Assembly: GCA_039621445.1 (NCBI GenBank)
Contig: CP154954.1
Span: 42,592,632-42,656,631 of the forward strand
Origin: Euglena gracilis
Lineage: Eukaryota
Direction of reading: 5' to 3'
DNA length: 64,000 nucleotides
Under the pieces are notes generated by a model. The model saw nothing but the letters and a program-made list of their open reading frames with translations. It was not told where the DNA came from and did not search any database. Shown piece after piece: positions 1-36,839 of the stretch. Position numbers and translations under genes: made by a program. The first letter of the stretch is position 1. Each line of letters opens with the position of its first letter.

Positions 1-36
1 AAAACCCCCCCCAGGCAGCCAGGTACCACGAGCACT

Positions 37-89
37 ACTTGAACGTGACTTGAACGTGCCTTGAACGTGACTTGAACGTGACTTGAACG
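37..89. repeat. 11-bp tandem repeat (ACTTGAACGTG) x~5
   Basis: Read directly. Confidence 0.9.
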
Positions 90-125
90 AACCTCTGTTT
101 GTTGGACGGACACTGGAATGCAAAG

Positions 126-520
126 GTTCAGGGGACCTTCATTCTCTCCCACCGGGGCTGCACTAAGTGGGCAGACATTCTCTTCTGGCGCGGCACCAAA
201 TGGAATTGGAGGCAGAAGCACGGGGGTGGTTCCCCTGCCGTGGCGCAGTCCCATAACAGGACTGATGGTAACGCCAGTGGGGCGCGTCGTCACGTGTGTG
301 TTGCATGTGTTGAGGATGTGTTGTTTGTGTTGTGTGTGTGTTGTGTATGGTGTGTTGTGTGTGTGTGTGTGTTGTATTGTTGTGTGTGTTGCGTGTGTGT
401 GTTGCGTATGGTGTGTTGTGTGTGTGTGTGTGTTGTGTGTGTGTTGTCTGTTGTGTGTTGTGCGTTGTGCAGTGGTGGCAGGGGAAGATGTCGCGCTGTG
501 GCTCACCGGCAGCGCGCTGA
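126..520 (+). CDS. Possible last two exons of a plus-strand gene starting upstream of the window
   Basis: GC-rich block ~126-281 (VQGTFILSHRGCTKWADILFWRG...), a possible GC donor, a (GT)n-filled intron, TGCAG acceptor at 472, then WWQGKMSRCGSPAAR* ending at 520. No domain recognised. Confidence 0.25.
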
Positions 521-2937
521 GCGGCACTAGGCAGCGGCAGTCCCAAGCCCCGGCGGACCGTGTGGGACGGGACTTGGGGAGGGGGACTGGAGGAGGCGGG
601 AGGGGCGAACACATCTTTTTGGGCCCTTTGGAGGGGACAGTGCCGGGATCGGGTGGGTTCAGGGCGACCGACAGCGCGGTTCGACGAACTGGACGTTCGA
701 AACAAGTTCAAGTTCGAAACAACTGGGGGTGGTGGGCTTTGCAGAACTTTGGGGGTCGCTAACCCTAAACGAACCCCCCCCCCCCCGGGGTTCCAGCTCA
801 GAGGCTGGAAAATTTAAGCGGCCTGGGAAAAGGTTGTTGGCTGACCCCCCCCCCCCCAATGAACCGTCACAGCCAAGCTGCCCTTCAGGCGGCGGGGCAG
901 GAAACCACCCCCAAGGATGGGGAGGGGTTCAGGGCTGGAACAAAGAAAAGCAGCCGGTTGGCTGGACCTCACCCGAACCGCTGCCGACCAACCCTTGCCT
1001 GGGCACCAAAAAGAGGGGAATGGACTGGGAATGGGCCAGGGAGGTGGCGTTGAGACCGGTGGTTGCCAAAACACGGGCTGGGGGGGCGACAGAGGAAATG
1101 AAGAAAGATCCTGCGATTCACACTGAAAAGCTCTCTAGCCGGTCCTCTGTCTAAATGGAAGAGAAAGATGAAAAATAAACCACAAAATACGTAATGCTCA
1201 TACTGAATACAGAATACTCATCAAATCAACTGGGTTCCAAAAATGGAAACTGAAAAAAAGCCTCAAAAAGGCCAATTATGCAAATTCTTGCTGTCTGTCT
1301 AAAAATCAAATTTTTTTGTCAGTCAACAAGTCAAATTTGTTAGATTTTTGACTTTCATTTCATTTCATTTTGCTCAGAAAAGAACGAAATCACACTGTTG
1401 ACTATTTTGTGGGTTCATTTGGGGAGTGCGCCCCCACCCTCTGCACCTCTGGGAGGGGGGGGTGTACATTTCCACGTGGTCTTATGTCAAACCCAGGACC
1501 AAATGCTTGTTTCAGGATGCTTGGGGCGGGACCGTTTTACAGGATCCTTTTAAGCAGGTTCGGGGTGGGTGGGCACAACCACGTACGTACCCTCTCCCCA
1601 GAGGTCTTGCCCCCCTCCTCTGTATGCACACTCTCGACCCGAAATCGGCCGACTACCTTAACTTGTTTTTTATAGGGGCTTTTTATGCCAACTTTGTATA
1701 TGGACTGCCAAAACCACCATTTTAAACGACCCCCTTCTTTAACGACGCCCGTTCATAACGACCACTGGGAAATCCCACCAATGATAAACCACTTGGAGAA
1801 TTTACTAACCCACACCACACCACCCACCCACCCACCCACCCACCCACCCACACACAGACACACACAAGAAATTTGCAGAGGAAACGTGTGCAGCAAATGT
1901 TTTAAACGCTTGGGTTCACACAAAAACAAGATACAAACAAATCTCTTCAGAGAAGAGCAGATCAAAGAAGGAGCAACACATCCCCATCCAACCAGCTCTT
2001 TAAGCTCTTTAGATTGCCAGACATCTGAAAAAGATTGTCAGAGATCTGAAAAAGTCTGAAACATTACATCCGTCCATGCATCCATCAATCGTCACCCTCT
2101 GACAAGGACCTCCTCTGGAAATGCAGGCAACGGTGGCGGGGTGGGGGGGGGTCCTGGTCGACCCCCTAACATGCAGGGGTGCTTCTGGGATTCTTTTTCA
2201 GCCCTGGGGAGGGAACTCCCATAAAATTATCGCCAGGCTATATTTCTGAATACCGCCCCCAAAGTGGCGGGCAAGAGGACGGATGGCTCCCCTGCCGATG
2301 CCATATGGGCCCCCGGGGCTGGCCATAGCCCCAGCTGGAGGCCGGAGGCGTGGCGGTGGTCCTGGCGGCCAACCGCCAGGACCACCGCCAACCACGGCGC
2401 TGCGTTCCACTTGGACCGAAATGCACCGGTGGCCGCCGGCCTCTCCGACCGCCGCGAGAGTGGCCGCCCTGGCCGTCCCTCAGGGAGGAGGGCAAGCGTA
2501 GGCGCCAGGGCCCGGAGCGCGGGGCTGCCCGCGCCGGACGGGCTGGTGGGGAGGTTGGGGCCAGGCTCGGCAGCGTGGGGGCAGGGGAGTTGGTTGTTTG
2601 GACTGGGCGGGGGCGGCCCCACTTCCGGGGGGGGGGATTCTAGCATCCAGTTTTTTTTCTCGGTAAACTCCGTACCGTCCGTGACCCCCTTGACCTGTCA
2701 AGCACCCCATGCCAGGTCCCAGCCCAACCCACCTCCAAAGGGCTGGACCCGCCCCCCAACCAGTTCCGGATTTTAGAAAAAAAGATCCGCGGAGGACCCG
2801 TCCATTGGGGGGATGTCGGCCAAACCGTTTCTTTACTTGATTGGGATGGATTTAACGCGGAACCTTGTGTTCTACCATTGCTGCATGTGAGGGGGGCGGG
2901 CGACTGAGCATCTCATGGACCTGCAGTCGGTGTGGTG

Positions 2938-3365
2938 CAGGGGTTTCCTTAAGGACCCCCGGGTCGGCTGGAAAAAGGTGCTGGATGGACCCCCCCCCCC
3001 TAGGGGGTGGGGGTCCGGGGGGGGGGGGTCCAGCCGGCTGGGAGCTGGACCCAGCGGGTACCCCAAAAGTGCCCGAAAAAGCCCAAATCCAGCTGGGTTG
3101 GGATTTTTCAGTCAAATTTAGAGGTGAAAACCAAAAAATTTAGAGGTGAAAACTCAAATTCAAATTGAAAAAACTTAGAGGTGAAAATTCAAATTTTTTT
3201 CGGTCCAGCCTGGCTTCGCTGGGTTGGCCCGAACTTTATTTCAGCGGACCTCTGGGGGGGGGGTCCGCAGCCCGGCTGGGAGGTGCTGGCTGGAAAAAAG
3301 TGCTGCTGGCTGGCTGGACCCCCCCCCCCCCGGGGGAGGGTCCCCTCTGGCTTAAGAAACCCCTG
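2938..3365. mobile_element. Non-autonomous TIR element (hAT-like MITE)
   Basis: TIR CAGGGGTTTC(C)TTAAG / CTTAAGAAACCCCTG; flanks GTGTGGTG and ACGTGGTG (6/8). Related, more decayed copies at ~32808-33220 and ~59615-60026 (inverted). Confidence 0.7.
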
Positions 3366-5499
3366 ACGTGGTGGATGGCGAACCCTCCATCTGGCTTGAG
3401 GGTTGTTTGCATATTGTTTCTGGAATAAGAGATATTTACTGTTGATAAACTGATATCAACCATTTTTTTTTATGCACATCCTCAAAAACATTTCTGTTAA
3501 GGCTAGGGCTGCAACCAACGAAGTGGTCATGGAATACAGTTCTTTTTGTCACCCAAAATGTCCTTCATATGCATGTCGGTGACAATTTTTGGGCAGCATA
3601 AAAGGGTGGTGCTGCGTCTAGGATATCGAATGCATCCGATGACCCACCGTTTGTTGCAGTCCTTGCTGGTTCAGTTTCTGTTGATGTATGGGTAAAATCC
3701 GTATTAATACAGACAGGTGGCACATTATTCGAATAACACGCACAACACATTCTTTGCCAGGGCTCCTGGGTTCGTTGTTCAAAATCGGGCAGCACGGGTA
3801 CTTTTTTTGTTGGTGGGATACTTCACCTGTGCAAATCAAAAGAAATAGGTTTTTTTTGGAGGTTCACAAAATAGGAATGCGGCACCCTCCCATTAAATGG
3901 TTGCGATGGGTCCCTCCCCGGTGGTCGCACCCATCGCACCCCCAAATGGTTCCCAGCCTGGTCTGCCCTCCCTCCCCCTGCACTGTGGGGCCTGCGCTAT
4001 ACGGCTATACAATACAGGGCCGGGGCCCAGAGCAGAGGCTGGAGGGTCCGAGGCGTCTCAGGCCCGTCGCAGAGTGGCAACGGCGTGGACGATCCCCGGC
4101 CGGGGAGCACAAGAGCGTTGGCGGCGGGCGGGCTTTGCGATGTGTGGGGTTGGGGGTCGGGGGAAGCAACGGGGATGGACCCTCGGATGGCGACCCAAAA
4201 AAGAAAAGCAAGAAAATGGGGGGAAATGGGAAAATAACACATATCTGATGTAAGCATTGTCGAGGGGGGTCTGGGTCCGGGTTAGACGAAAGAAAACCCC
4301 CAGAGCATCGAAAAACACAGCTTTTGCTCACTGCGTGGCAAACTAATCAAAAAGACAAAAAATCGACAAAACGTTTGAAATGATGGAAAACTTTGGTCCA
4401 AAATGTGGCGTTCATTTCAGTCAAATGCACTTCCCAACAGACCAGAAGGGTCTTTAGGTGAAAACCCCCCCAGAACATCCAGGTTGGGTTGGGTTCAGCG
4501 GTCCCCGGGAGGAAGGCATTGGTGCTGGCTTCTTCAAAGTTCTTCTTCTTCGAAGCCTTCCATGCCATGACAGGGGGAATCTACACCGCAGGAAAAAGGG
4601 GAGTGATGGGGCAGAGTGACAGAGAAAAGGTGAGAGGCGATCAGGGGGCGACAGGTCCGGCTGGGGGCGTGCCAAGGGCTCAGTGACGGGGGGGGGGAGA
4701 AATTCCAGAAGGGGAACAGCCGGCAATTCCATCCTGGCCTGGCGATTCCATCATTCACACTCCTCCGTTCCGGCCACCACGTCCGGAGCCCATGTGGTTT
4801 GTCAGCCTGTGGGCGAACTCAGTGAGGCCATCACACACCCACACACTATATACTGCATCAATAACACAAAATCTTTTTGGACCCCCCTGGAGATTCTACT
4901 TGGTCCCCCTGGGGGGGAGGGCAAGTGGAATCTTGTTGCCATATATATTTTCCCCAGTCCTTGAGATTGGAAGAGAGATAAAGAAGTTTGCCTTGCACGG
5001 AAGACAGGAGAAGGAGAAACCACAGCAGGATGCCGTCCTCCATATCCATCAGTCCAAGAGCTGGAGTCTATCCTGTGCCACTGTAACACATGAGATATGC
5101 TTACGATGTGTTGATGAATGCAACCGACAAAGGGTCTGTAGCCGACGATATCAACGAAAGAGGCACGCCAGAGACAACTGGCTCGAATCCAAGCTGCACC
5201 GGTAAACATAATGTTTTGGCGTTATCCCCAAATACCTTTCGGGACGGAGCAGCCATCGGCACCCTAACCCCCCCCCCCCTGGCTCCAACAGCCGGGCCTG
5301 GGCGTCCCCCACGGGGCCCAAGGAGGGCCGGCCACCCGGCCGGGCGCCGCCCGTGATGGCCAACCGAAGGGAACGGAAGAGGAGAGCCCCTGCTCTTCTT
5401 ATGGGGGAGGGGGAGGGGGAGGGCAGCCCCACGCCGCCGAACGGAACGCCGAGCTCGACGCCGGGCGGCCGCCCCACCGCCCGGCCAGGCCGCCCCGGC

Positions 5500-22028
<16,529 letters not shown>

Positions 22029-22525
22029 CTGGAGGCGAAACCAAAACAGACAGCCAAAAGAACAAAAATGATGGAAGACAACAAAAATGAGGCTGAGTTG
22101 AAGAGAATGAAAGAAAGCAAAAAAATGTCCAGTTGTTGTGCCATTGTCCTTTAAATTTCCATTAAATTTCGAACAAAATGAAATTCATGAACAATGAAGT
22201 TCACAAAATGAAGAGAGTTCTTTGGAGCGCGGGGAGAGTGGGGTTTCGATAGGCATTGTGAGACAATTAAAATATTGGCCTCAGCCCAGCAATTCATAGA
22301 CCAAGGTCGTTGGAGCTCTCATGGCATTATGAAAACCTTGCTCTTCAAGACCCCCCCCAACGACGACTGTTTGTGTTTGATGTTTTGAATTTTTTTTTCA
22401 AAGATCGGCCAGCGATGACCTCCACCTCCAATCACCGGAGGGGCCAGGGAAGCTGGATGCCAAGCCACTCATGGCGTTCAAGAGAACCCACGGCAACATC
22501 GGTACAGGAGGGAGGGGGTGGCGCG

Positions 22526-25500
22526 CCTGCATCACGGCGGGGTGCTCCGCGATGGCCTCGACGCACTGCACGTGCCCATTCAGCACCGCCAGGTGCAGAG
22601 GGGTGTTGCCCTGGATGTCCTGCCTCCGGAGCCCCCCCCCCCCCCCGCGGGGGGTGGCATCGACCAGCCAGCCCCCCCCCCCCATGGGGTTGCCACCGCT
22701 GTTAAGGAGGCCTTGTCGAGGGGAGATCTTGGGTTGGAGTGGCAGAGCGGGGGGTAGGCGTGCTTCTCTCACTAAACATGTAAGACATAACCTGGGGGTG
22801 GTCAGAAATGGCACGGGGTTTAAATGGGAGGGGTTAAACTTTAATTAGAGGTGCTTTGAAGACTATGGCGACAATGGGTGCAGTGGTAACCCTTTGGGAT
22901 CTCATTGAAGACCCCTGCCACCCCATCCCCCTCTCCCCATGCGTGTGGGTCCAAAATGAAAAAAATTATGCGGCCCCTTCACGTAGGGATGAACATGCGC
23001 CCAAGTCATTCCGCTGCCACAAATTTAAGTTCATCCCCTCATTATGAAACCCCAAAGGTGTTTGTTTTGGTGACTAAACATTTATGCCCCTTAGCGTCGG
23101 AGCACCACAGGCAAAAGACGGGTGGCATCTGCAAGGAAAATACATCCTGAAATTAAGACTTAACTAAAAATGAGGAAAATTCTACAGAACGCTGAGAACT
23201 TTGCACAATAGAAAATTTAAGAAAAACACGTATTGGTTCTCAGTCCCAAGAGTTTGGTTTTTTGACAAGTTTGCCCAACAAAACATCTGTTAGGGGACTT
23301 TTTTCCTGAAAACAACAACGATGATGAACAATAAATATATAAAATATTTTTTGGGGGGTTGGAAAGCCCAACCTTGGATCCAAATGCTGACTGCGCCCAG
23401 GGGTGGGGGGCCCCGGGCGGAAGGTCTGCGGCCGCTGCACGGCCGCCTCATGGCACACGGCCAGGAGGAGGGCTGCGGCGGCAGCGTGGCCCGCGGCGCA
23501 TGCCCAGTGCAGCGGGGTGCGCTGGTACGCCCCGCGCGCGCTCGGCGCCACCGCCTGGCACCGGCAGACTGCAGACCATGTGTGTATTTGTGTGTTGTGT
23601 GTGTGTGTGTGTGTGTGGATGTGATGTGTGTGTGTTGTGCGTTGTGTGTGTGTGTGTGTGTTGTGTGTGTGTTGCGTGTGTGTTGTGTGTTGTGTGTTGT
23701 GTGTGTGTGTGTGTATTCTGTGTGCTTTGTTTGTTTTTGTGCTGGGCGAACTAAATGCCAAAATGCCCCCAAAATTAGCACTCAAATTAGCGGGAATAAT
23801 AAGCAGAAAAATAAGTTGAACGGCGGTGTTTTTTTTCTTCTTCCAAAAGCGGGACAAATTTGGTCACCCACCCATTAATTCATTTCAAACCATTTTGCAC
23901 CAATTTGCTGCCATATTTAGGGCTATTATCAATCTTCTTTTGGCCATCTTCGATCATTTTCGATTTGTTGAGTCATTTTGGGGGACACTCAAAAATGGCC
24001 CGGTTCAGTCATTATTCAGTCACTAGACAGAGCCATTTTACAGCCAAAATTAGCCAGGATGTCCAAAAAGGGGTGGATAATGGCCCAAACCAAAATATAA
24101 CTAAGGATGACCAAATGGCTGACGATGGCCAAAAATTATGCAAAATGGGCCCAAAAATGTGCGGAAGGGCTAACAATGAGTTGGCCTTGTGGGGATGTGA
24201 AATATGCGGTATAAATGAATATGCGGCTGGAAACCAGTTTTTGGCTTAGGATCACTTTGTCTGTTGTGGCGAAAAAAGGTGCAAAATGCCCCCATATGGT
24301 GGATAATGGCCCAAAATTGCCCAAATACAAACCATTAGACAGCTCTTAGGTGTGAAAAAGTATACCCACTAAATCATGCTTTTTTGCCAATACACACCAA
24401 ATCACAACAAACAGATCGATTCGCAGCTTTTTTGTCCGACACAAAAAAAGCCCAATTTGAAATGGCCCAAATCAGGGGGGGGGGAGTATCGGAGGCCATT
24501 GAAAAAAAAATGCGAAAATTTGCAGGGACCTTGTGAAAAATTGTGGAAAAATTGTGGAGAAATTGATCCACACATTTATCCATTTATCTGCCCCCAAAAA
24601 TAAGACCCCCCATAAAATGGACCCCCCCTGGCCGGTCCAAGCAAAAATACATGAAATGGACCCCCCATAAATAAGACCCAACCTGTTAGCGCGAAGCGCC
24701 GGATTTTTGAAAAATGGGACCTTTTGGGGGTAAATCTGCCACTTTGGGACAGCTTTCAAACAATTCAGCATGTTTTCCCCTATTTGTCTGGCGCGAAGCG
24801 GCGAATATTTCGAAAATTGGTGTTTTGGGGTGCATTTTTGGACATTTTGAGGGGTCGAAAAACTTTCCAGAAAAAATTCATGAAATGGACCCCCATGAAT
24901 AAGACCTTCCCATGAAATGGACCCGGGGTCTTATTTTTTGGGGGGGTTTAGGTGACTTAGATTTCGCAATCTTTTCACTTTTGCAACAATGGGTTTATAT
25001 TTTGAACCATCATTTACACTTCACCCAACAAAAAAACTCCAAAAAATGTTTTTTGGAAGTTTTGGAACATGCTGATTCCAAAAACATGGAAATTGTTGGG
25101 TAATAAAAAAACAAAAACGAAAAAGGCAAAATTTTGATGAAAAATTTAGTCTCTGGGAAAAAATCTGCTAAATCTGAAAATTTTTTCCAAATCGAAATCA
25201 GAAATCATTTTCCTGCAGAAATCCAAAAAAGCCCAAAAATGGCAAAAAAAGGTGAAAAATTTTGGTCTCAAGGAAAAATCGGCAAAAATCCGAAAACTTT
25301 CCTGATAAATCAAAATCATTTTCCCGTAGAAATCCAAAAAAAAACAAAACACAAAAAGGCCAAAAACCTTGCACATTTGCCAAAATTGGCAAAATTTGGA
25401 AAAAGTTGCAAATTCTGCAAGAAATTAGCAAATAAATAATTGGTTTCTTATGAACTTCGAGGAAAGTCTGGGACTCATTTCACCTTCCATTTCAGATTCA

Positions 25501-28500
25501 TACAGAAAATTTGCGGAAAAGGAAAACTTGCAAAAATTGAACAAAACTGCGGAAACTTGTGGAAAATTGCTGAAATGGCAGAAAATTGTGCAAAGCTGCA
25601 GATATCAGTTTCCTCTCTGTCCAAATCGACCCGAAATATGTGGTCAAATTATGTAGAAATGGGCAAATATGTGGTGGAAAACTCCTTTGAAAAACTCGGA
25701 ATAAGCGCTGAATAAGCGGAAAAATGCGAAAAAACACCTTTTGGCCAAATAAGCCAAATAAGGGCTAAAAATGGGAAATACGCGCAAAATGAGCACGTAC
25801 TTCCTGACCCTGGTGATGTGTGTGTGTGTTGTGTGTGTGTGTGTGTGTTGTTGTTGTTGTTGTTGTTGTGTGTGTGTTGTGTGTGCTGTGTGTGTGGTGT
25901 GTGTGCACGTGCGTGTGTTGTGTTGTGTGTGTTGTGTGTTGTGTGTGTCGTGTGTGTGTTTGTTGTATGTGTGTGTAATGTGTGTGTGTGTGTGTGTTGT
26001 GTGAGTGAGTTGTGTGTGTCTGCGCGCGCGTGCGTACATGTGTTTGTGTATGCCGGCGTGTGTGCGCGTGTGTGCACGTGCGGGAAAAAGTGTTTGTGAT
26101 AATTTTGCGTGCCTGCGTGCGTGCGAGCGAGTGCATGCGTGCAGGTGGGCATTGCATTTTCCTCAGCAAGTTTATCAAAGAAGGGTGCTCTTCATATTTA
26201 CGGTGCAACTTATGCTTGAAGGGAATCCCATGTGGGAACTTGTGGGACTTTCCGTCACCCCGGAGGGGGCTGCGGGGCCCCTCCCCGGCCGGGCGGTGTG
26301 TGGACAGGGGCGGTGGGGCTGCAGGCAGCGGAGCAGGCCCAGGACGTCCCCGCGCTCCGCCTGGTCCCAGATGTCCTCCTGCGGGCCCCGCCCGCCGGCC
26401 CCCGCCCTGCGCGGCACGCGACCCACACTGAGACACGGGCCGGCACTCCCCGCACCGCCGAAAATATTCGCCAAATGATGTGACCCGAGGTTCCCGATTT
26501 TGTGCATCCAAGTGACACACCGGAAAACGTCAGTTTCGTCAACGTTTCATTGGTTGGGTGCCATTCCTGGTGATAAGACTTCTGAAACTTTGGAGCGACA
26601 CGATGGGCTCTCTAAGTCGGTCCCAGTTGGTCTAGCGTGTGGGGGGGGGGGAACCATGACTCCCCTAAAAACACTATTCTACCAAATTTGCTGAGAATAT
26701 CTATTGTATATTTATGTAGCATGTGTTTTTAAGGTTGCATTCAATTTCTAAATGCAAACAAAATGCTGTTTTGAAAACGAAGTCCCACAATATGCCGCCA
26801 CAGTGTTTGTTCTTTACAGGCATCAGAAGAACGACAAATCAAATATAAAAAATGCGGGGAATGAACTCCATGCGAGCTTCCGGTGCCCGTCGCACACACA
26901 CCGCTCCGAGAGCTGCACGGCGGGGGCGCTGTCACTGACGGCCGGGTCCTGCAGCAGCGCCTCCGCCGCCGTGTCGAGGAGGGCGGCCGGGGCGGGGGCC
27001 CTGCCGTTGAAGGCCAGCAGCGCCGGGTGCCGCTCCAGCAGCGCCTTGGCGCAGGCGGCGTGCCGGTTGTTCACTGTGCAATTCACAATGGATGAAGGGG
27101 GTCCACAGTCGGCTGTGCGTGCTGACACATGCACACCCGATGTGTGGGTGCATTGTGCTCTCGCGTGTGTATACCCGCATATGTACGTGTTGATCTGTCT
27201 GTGAAGATAGATGTGTGTGTACATGTACATGCATGTGAATATCAATTTGTGTTTGTATGTGAGAAGAGAGCTTGGAAAAAGTCGACCAGCAAACAGGACT
27301 GGGGGTTCCAATAGACATCAGACCACAGACCCAAGCTAGAGAAAAATCATTGCCTTTTTTTGCCATCAGTTGACTTCGGAGAATGCAGACGACCTGGAGG
27401 TTCTGCAGGCGAGGAGTTTGCCCTCTACGCAACCATGAAACAAAACAACAGAACAGATATAGAAATAGAAACAGACTAGAAAGAAATAGAGCAACGTTGC
27501 ATGGTGGGAGGGCACACCACACACACCACGCACAGCACACACGTGGAAACCAACGGACACGAGGAGGCTCAGGAGCCGGCCACACACACCGGCCCAGTGC
27601 AGCGCCGTCCAGCCGTGGGGGTCCACCGCCGCCCACTTCGCGCCGCCCTCCAGCAGCGCCGCCACGAGGTCGCTGCGGCCGGTGCTGCACGCCCAGTGAA
27701 GGGCGCCGCGGTGCAGCCCGCCCACCCCCCGCGCCCGCAGGTCCCCGCCAGGGCCGGGCCGCACTGTCTGCCAGCGTGGGCGGCGCGGGAGGCCGACAAA
27801 AGAAAACCACGAGAAAAGAAAATTGCACACCACACCGAAACCAGCGGGAAATGCACGCACATCTGCAAAAATACATGAACAAAACTGAACACACAGTATG
27901 CAAAAAAAACAACACTGGCGCTTACTCTGCACCCCCCCTAGTTTCCTGCCCCACTTACCCCTAAAGTGTCCAAGCCCTGAAGCAGGCTTCTATTTTCCCG
28001 CTGGTCAGCGGTCCTGCACCAGGAGGTCTGGGCATTGGCTGCGCTGAAAGAATTCCGCAAACTGGCTGAAAATCTTTGATTTTCAGGAGTTAACCCCCCC
28101 CCCAATTTTTGAAAACAAGCAACCCTTTCATTTCCGTCATCCTTGACTCAAGGAGAAACCCCCAAATTTTAGCAGCGCATTGTTTAAATTTTGGGTTTCA
28201 ACCGATGCGCTCGCAGGGTTGCTTCAATTTGGGTTTTGCCATATCGAATTGCTTAAATTCGGACCAAACAGTCAACAGAAAAATGTGCCTCCTTGTTCAA
28301 ATAATGGGAGGCTGGATGTTTGTTTCAGAGCGGAAATGCATGTCACAACATAAAAACGTCCCAAAAACGGCACAGGCTCAACTGTTTTGAGTTTCCCCCT
28401 GAAACTAGGCTATCGTTGTTTGTTTAAATTTTCTTTGTTTTCATATTTTCTTACATTTCCCTTTCAATTTACCTCAAATTTGGGGGTTGCTTAAATTTGG

Positions 28501-28850
28501 AATTTTCACTGATTCCTTGGGGGTTGCTTAAATTTAGGTCAGCTGGTTCAGGCCCAAGGGTTTGGGGTTTCCCCCCCATAGGAATCCCCCCCTCAGAGTC
28601 CTGTTAATATCGGTGGTGGGCAGTGGGGGGGGCCTCACTCATTCGCTCATCTGGGTGGGTTGGAGGACCAGAAATATGCAAAATTACACACATCGTCGCA
28701 CATTTCCAACACCACGAGATGCCCCATCCTCACGTCTGTCGTCCGGCTCTGACCCTCGCACGTCACTGGGCCCACCGCCGCCCCCAACTCCACCATCGGA
28801 CCGAAGCCGTCGGACGACGGCTTTGGGCGTTGCGGGATCCCGGCGACCAT
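22526..28850 (-). CDS. Ankyrin-repeat protein, N-terminal exons
   Basis: ATG 28850 (MVAGIPQRPKP...) sits 12 nt after a CACAG. Exons: ~27766-27590 (GALHWACSTGRSDLVAALLEGGA...DPHGWTALHWA), 27073-~26920 (VNNRHAACAKALL), ~26378-26320 (EDIWDQAERGDVLGLLRCL), ~23554-23435 (GAYQRTPLHWACAAGHAAAAALLL), ~22621-22527 (QDIQGNTPLHLAVLNGHVQCVEAI). Clear TPLH/ALH ankyrin motifs. Confidence 0.88.
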
Positions 28851-29086
28851 GGTGGGCGGGACCTGTGGCAGGGAGCGGTGAGGCGACGGTTCCCAGCCCA
28901 ACGGGTAACCCCCGTGGGGGGTGTCCTCGACCCTTCGGCACAAATTTTTATTTGTGTTATTTGGATCCCACTGACCACGTGCCCTTTTGGACTCGGGGCG
29001 AGGGGCAACCAACTGTGGGAGAGTGGCTTGAGGGTTTGAGCCGGGGCTGACATTTTTTGCTGGTTTTGGACTTCGGACATTCCAAT

Positions 29087-29394
29087 CATGCTTGTGCTTA
29101 CCGACCGGGGGGGGGAGAGGGGTGGGTGGGTGCTATAGGGTGCCTGCCCCTAGCAGGCACCCCCCCCGGGGGGGGATAGGGGTCCGGGCCGGACCCAGAA
29201 AATTTTCATTAAAAATGGCCTTTTCCGGGCCCCCGGCGCCAAAGGCGCCGGGGTTGGAGGGGGGTGCCTGCTAGGGGCAGGCACCCCCCAAAACCCTACC
29301 CCCCCCCCGGGGGGGTCGGATCGGGTGCTATGGGGTGCCTGCCCCTAGCACCCCCCCCCCCCGTGGGGTAGGCACCCGACTAAGCACAAGCCTG
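29087..29394. mobile_element. hAT-like MITE
   Basis: TIR CATGCTTGTGCTTA / TAAGCACAAGCCTG; perfect TSD ATTCCAAT. Confidence 0.85.
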
Positions 29395-29878
29395 ATTCCA
29401 ATTGCAACTGCAATGCAGCCCAGGATGGGGGACCACAGAGCGTCCACCTGCCCCCCAAAAACGTCCAAAAGTTTTAATTTTGCTGCTGTCACTGGAGGAG
29501 TTCAATCACTCACGTTTCAGAGAAGAGAATGAAAAGGTGCCATAAACACACCCTTTCCAAACAAAGGAAGGAAATCAAAGACTTTGAGCATCCCCTTTGC
29601 ATTGACTTTGAGTAAAACAAATTTTTCTTGGGTGTGATGAAATGGGAAGAAATGGAATTTGAAAAACGAGAATTTCCTTGGGGGACTTTTTTCCCCTCGA
29701 AACGGACATTTGTAATGAAACTAAATATTCTTACAAATGAAACCTGTTTATTGTGGCTCCAACAGCAAAAGCTTCTTTGGAATTTGGAAAAAAGTGCATC
29801 AGTGGCACACAACGCTGCCAGCAACGAAGACCTGCAACGTCCGAAGGTCCACTTCAGATCGGACATACAGCGAAGATT

Positions 29879-35592
<5,714 letters not shown>

Positions 35593-36839
35593 CGTGGGGG
35601 GAGGGCAACACCAGCAACCAACACCCCTGCGGGGGCACAGGGGGGCTGTGAAAAACCGTTCGTTGATGTGAAGGGGCAACCCCCTCCCCCCCAAAGGACA
35701 GTGGCCGAGGATTGAGTTCCTCCACCACTCTCTGGTTTGTGGCTGACCATCTCTGGCCGCGTCAAGATTCGATGCCAATCAGTCCGCACCGCTGTCCACC
35801 CTTCTTCCTCCACCCCTCCACCCACAGGGCGGCGAGCTGATGCAGTGGGACGGTTCCACTGACGCCTCCCCACTGGTCTGAAAGGACGCGAACAGTTGGT
35901 TTGGTGAAGCGGGGCAACTGGCGAGTGTCCGCAGTTCGGGGTGTGTTTCTGGGAGCAGATCATTGAGGGGCCATCACGAGGGGCTGCACAGGATTGACCA
36001 GCAACTGCCATCAACCCCACACCAGAGAAACTAGCCCCCCCCCCCAGAAGGTTGGTGCACGCCGAGTAGCAGGTTGGTGGGGTGGTACACGCCGAGGTGA
36101 CAACTTTCCAGGAGGACTTTCCAATGTGGTGAATCAGCGGGTACCCGGTACCCGCTTACGTACAGCTTCCACAAATGCCTTGGACAGTGTCCCCTGCGAG
36201 CTTCCATGGCTAGGAGACCACCATTGCCGCAGTGTGCACCTACATTATAAGTGCTTGGGTCTGAAGGTGCCGCTGTCTCAAAACGTGTCTGTGTGCCGCC
36301 TGCTGCCTGCTGACGGCTGATGGGCGACCGCCTTTAACCACATCTGTGGCCGCCAGCAACCACTTCCCTCTCTGGGGGGGGGACTGGAGTCTCCCTTAAA
36401 ATAGGGTGGAGCCACCCTAAAAATAAGTGATTTACATGTGACGTTACTCTGGTCACGCGTGACCTGAGAAGAATGCCACCTGCTCCTCAACCACAGGCAC
36501 GCATCGCCGGCTCAGGGTCACAACCAGTGTCCGGCAGGCCAGAGCGGAGCATGACGGAACACAATGGGGCGAAGAAGAGAGAGGAGGGGGGCACCGGCGT
36601 GGCATGGGGCGATGGCCTTTGGGGGGCCGGGCAGGGACGGGCCAGCCTGGGACGGAAAGGGGGCTGCCCAGCCCTCTGATGCGGCGATGACGGAGGGGCC
36701 CCGGGGTGTGTGGGCTGCCTGACGGTCAGCGCAAAAAGGGTCCCTCAGGGACGAAAGACAGATGGGAAACAGGGGGCATGGGGGCTCGGAGGCAAGTGGG
36801 GCGTGCACACCAAGCGGCCGGTTGCGTAAAACACGGGGT

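Noticed and set aside
665-725. tRNA-like GTTCGA motifs (also GGCTCGAATCC at ~5180)
   Set aside because: No cloverleaf or matching A box could be built.
22398-22525. C-terminus of the ankyrin ORF (ARHPLPP...LADL*)
   Set aside because: More likely intron read-through after a GC donor at 22526. Not fully excluded.
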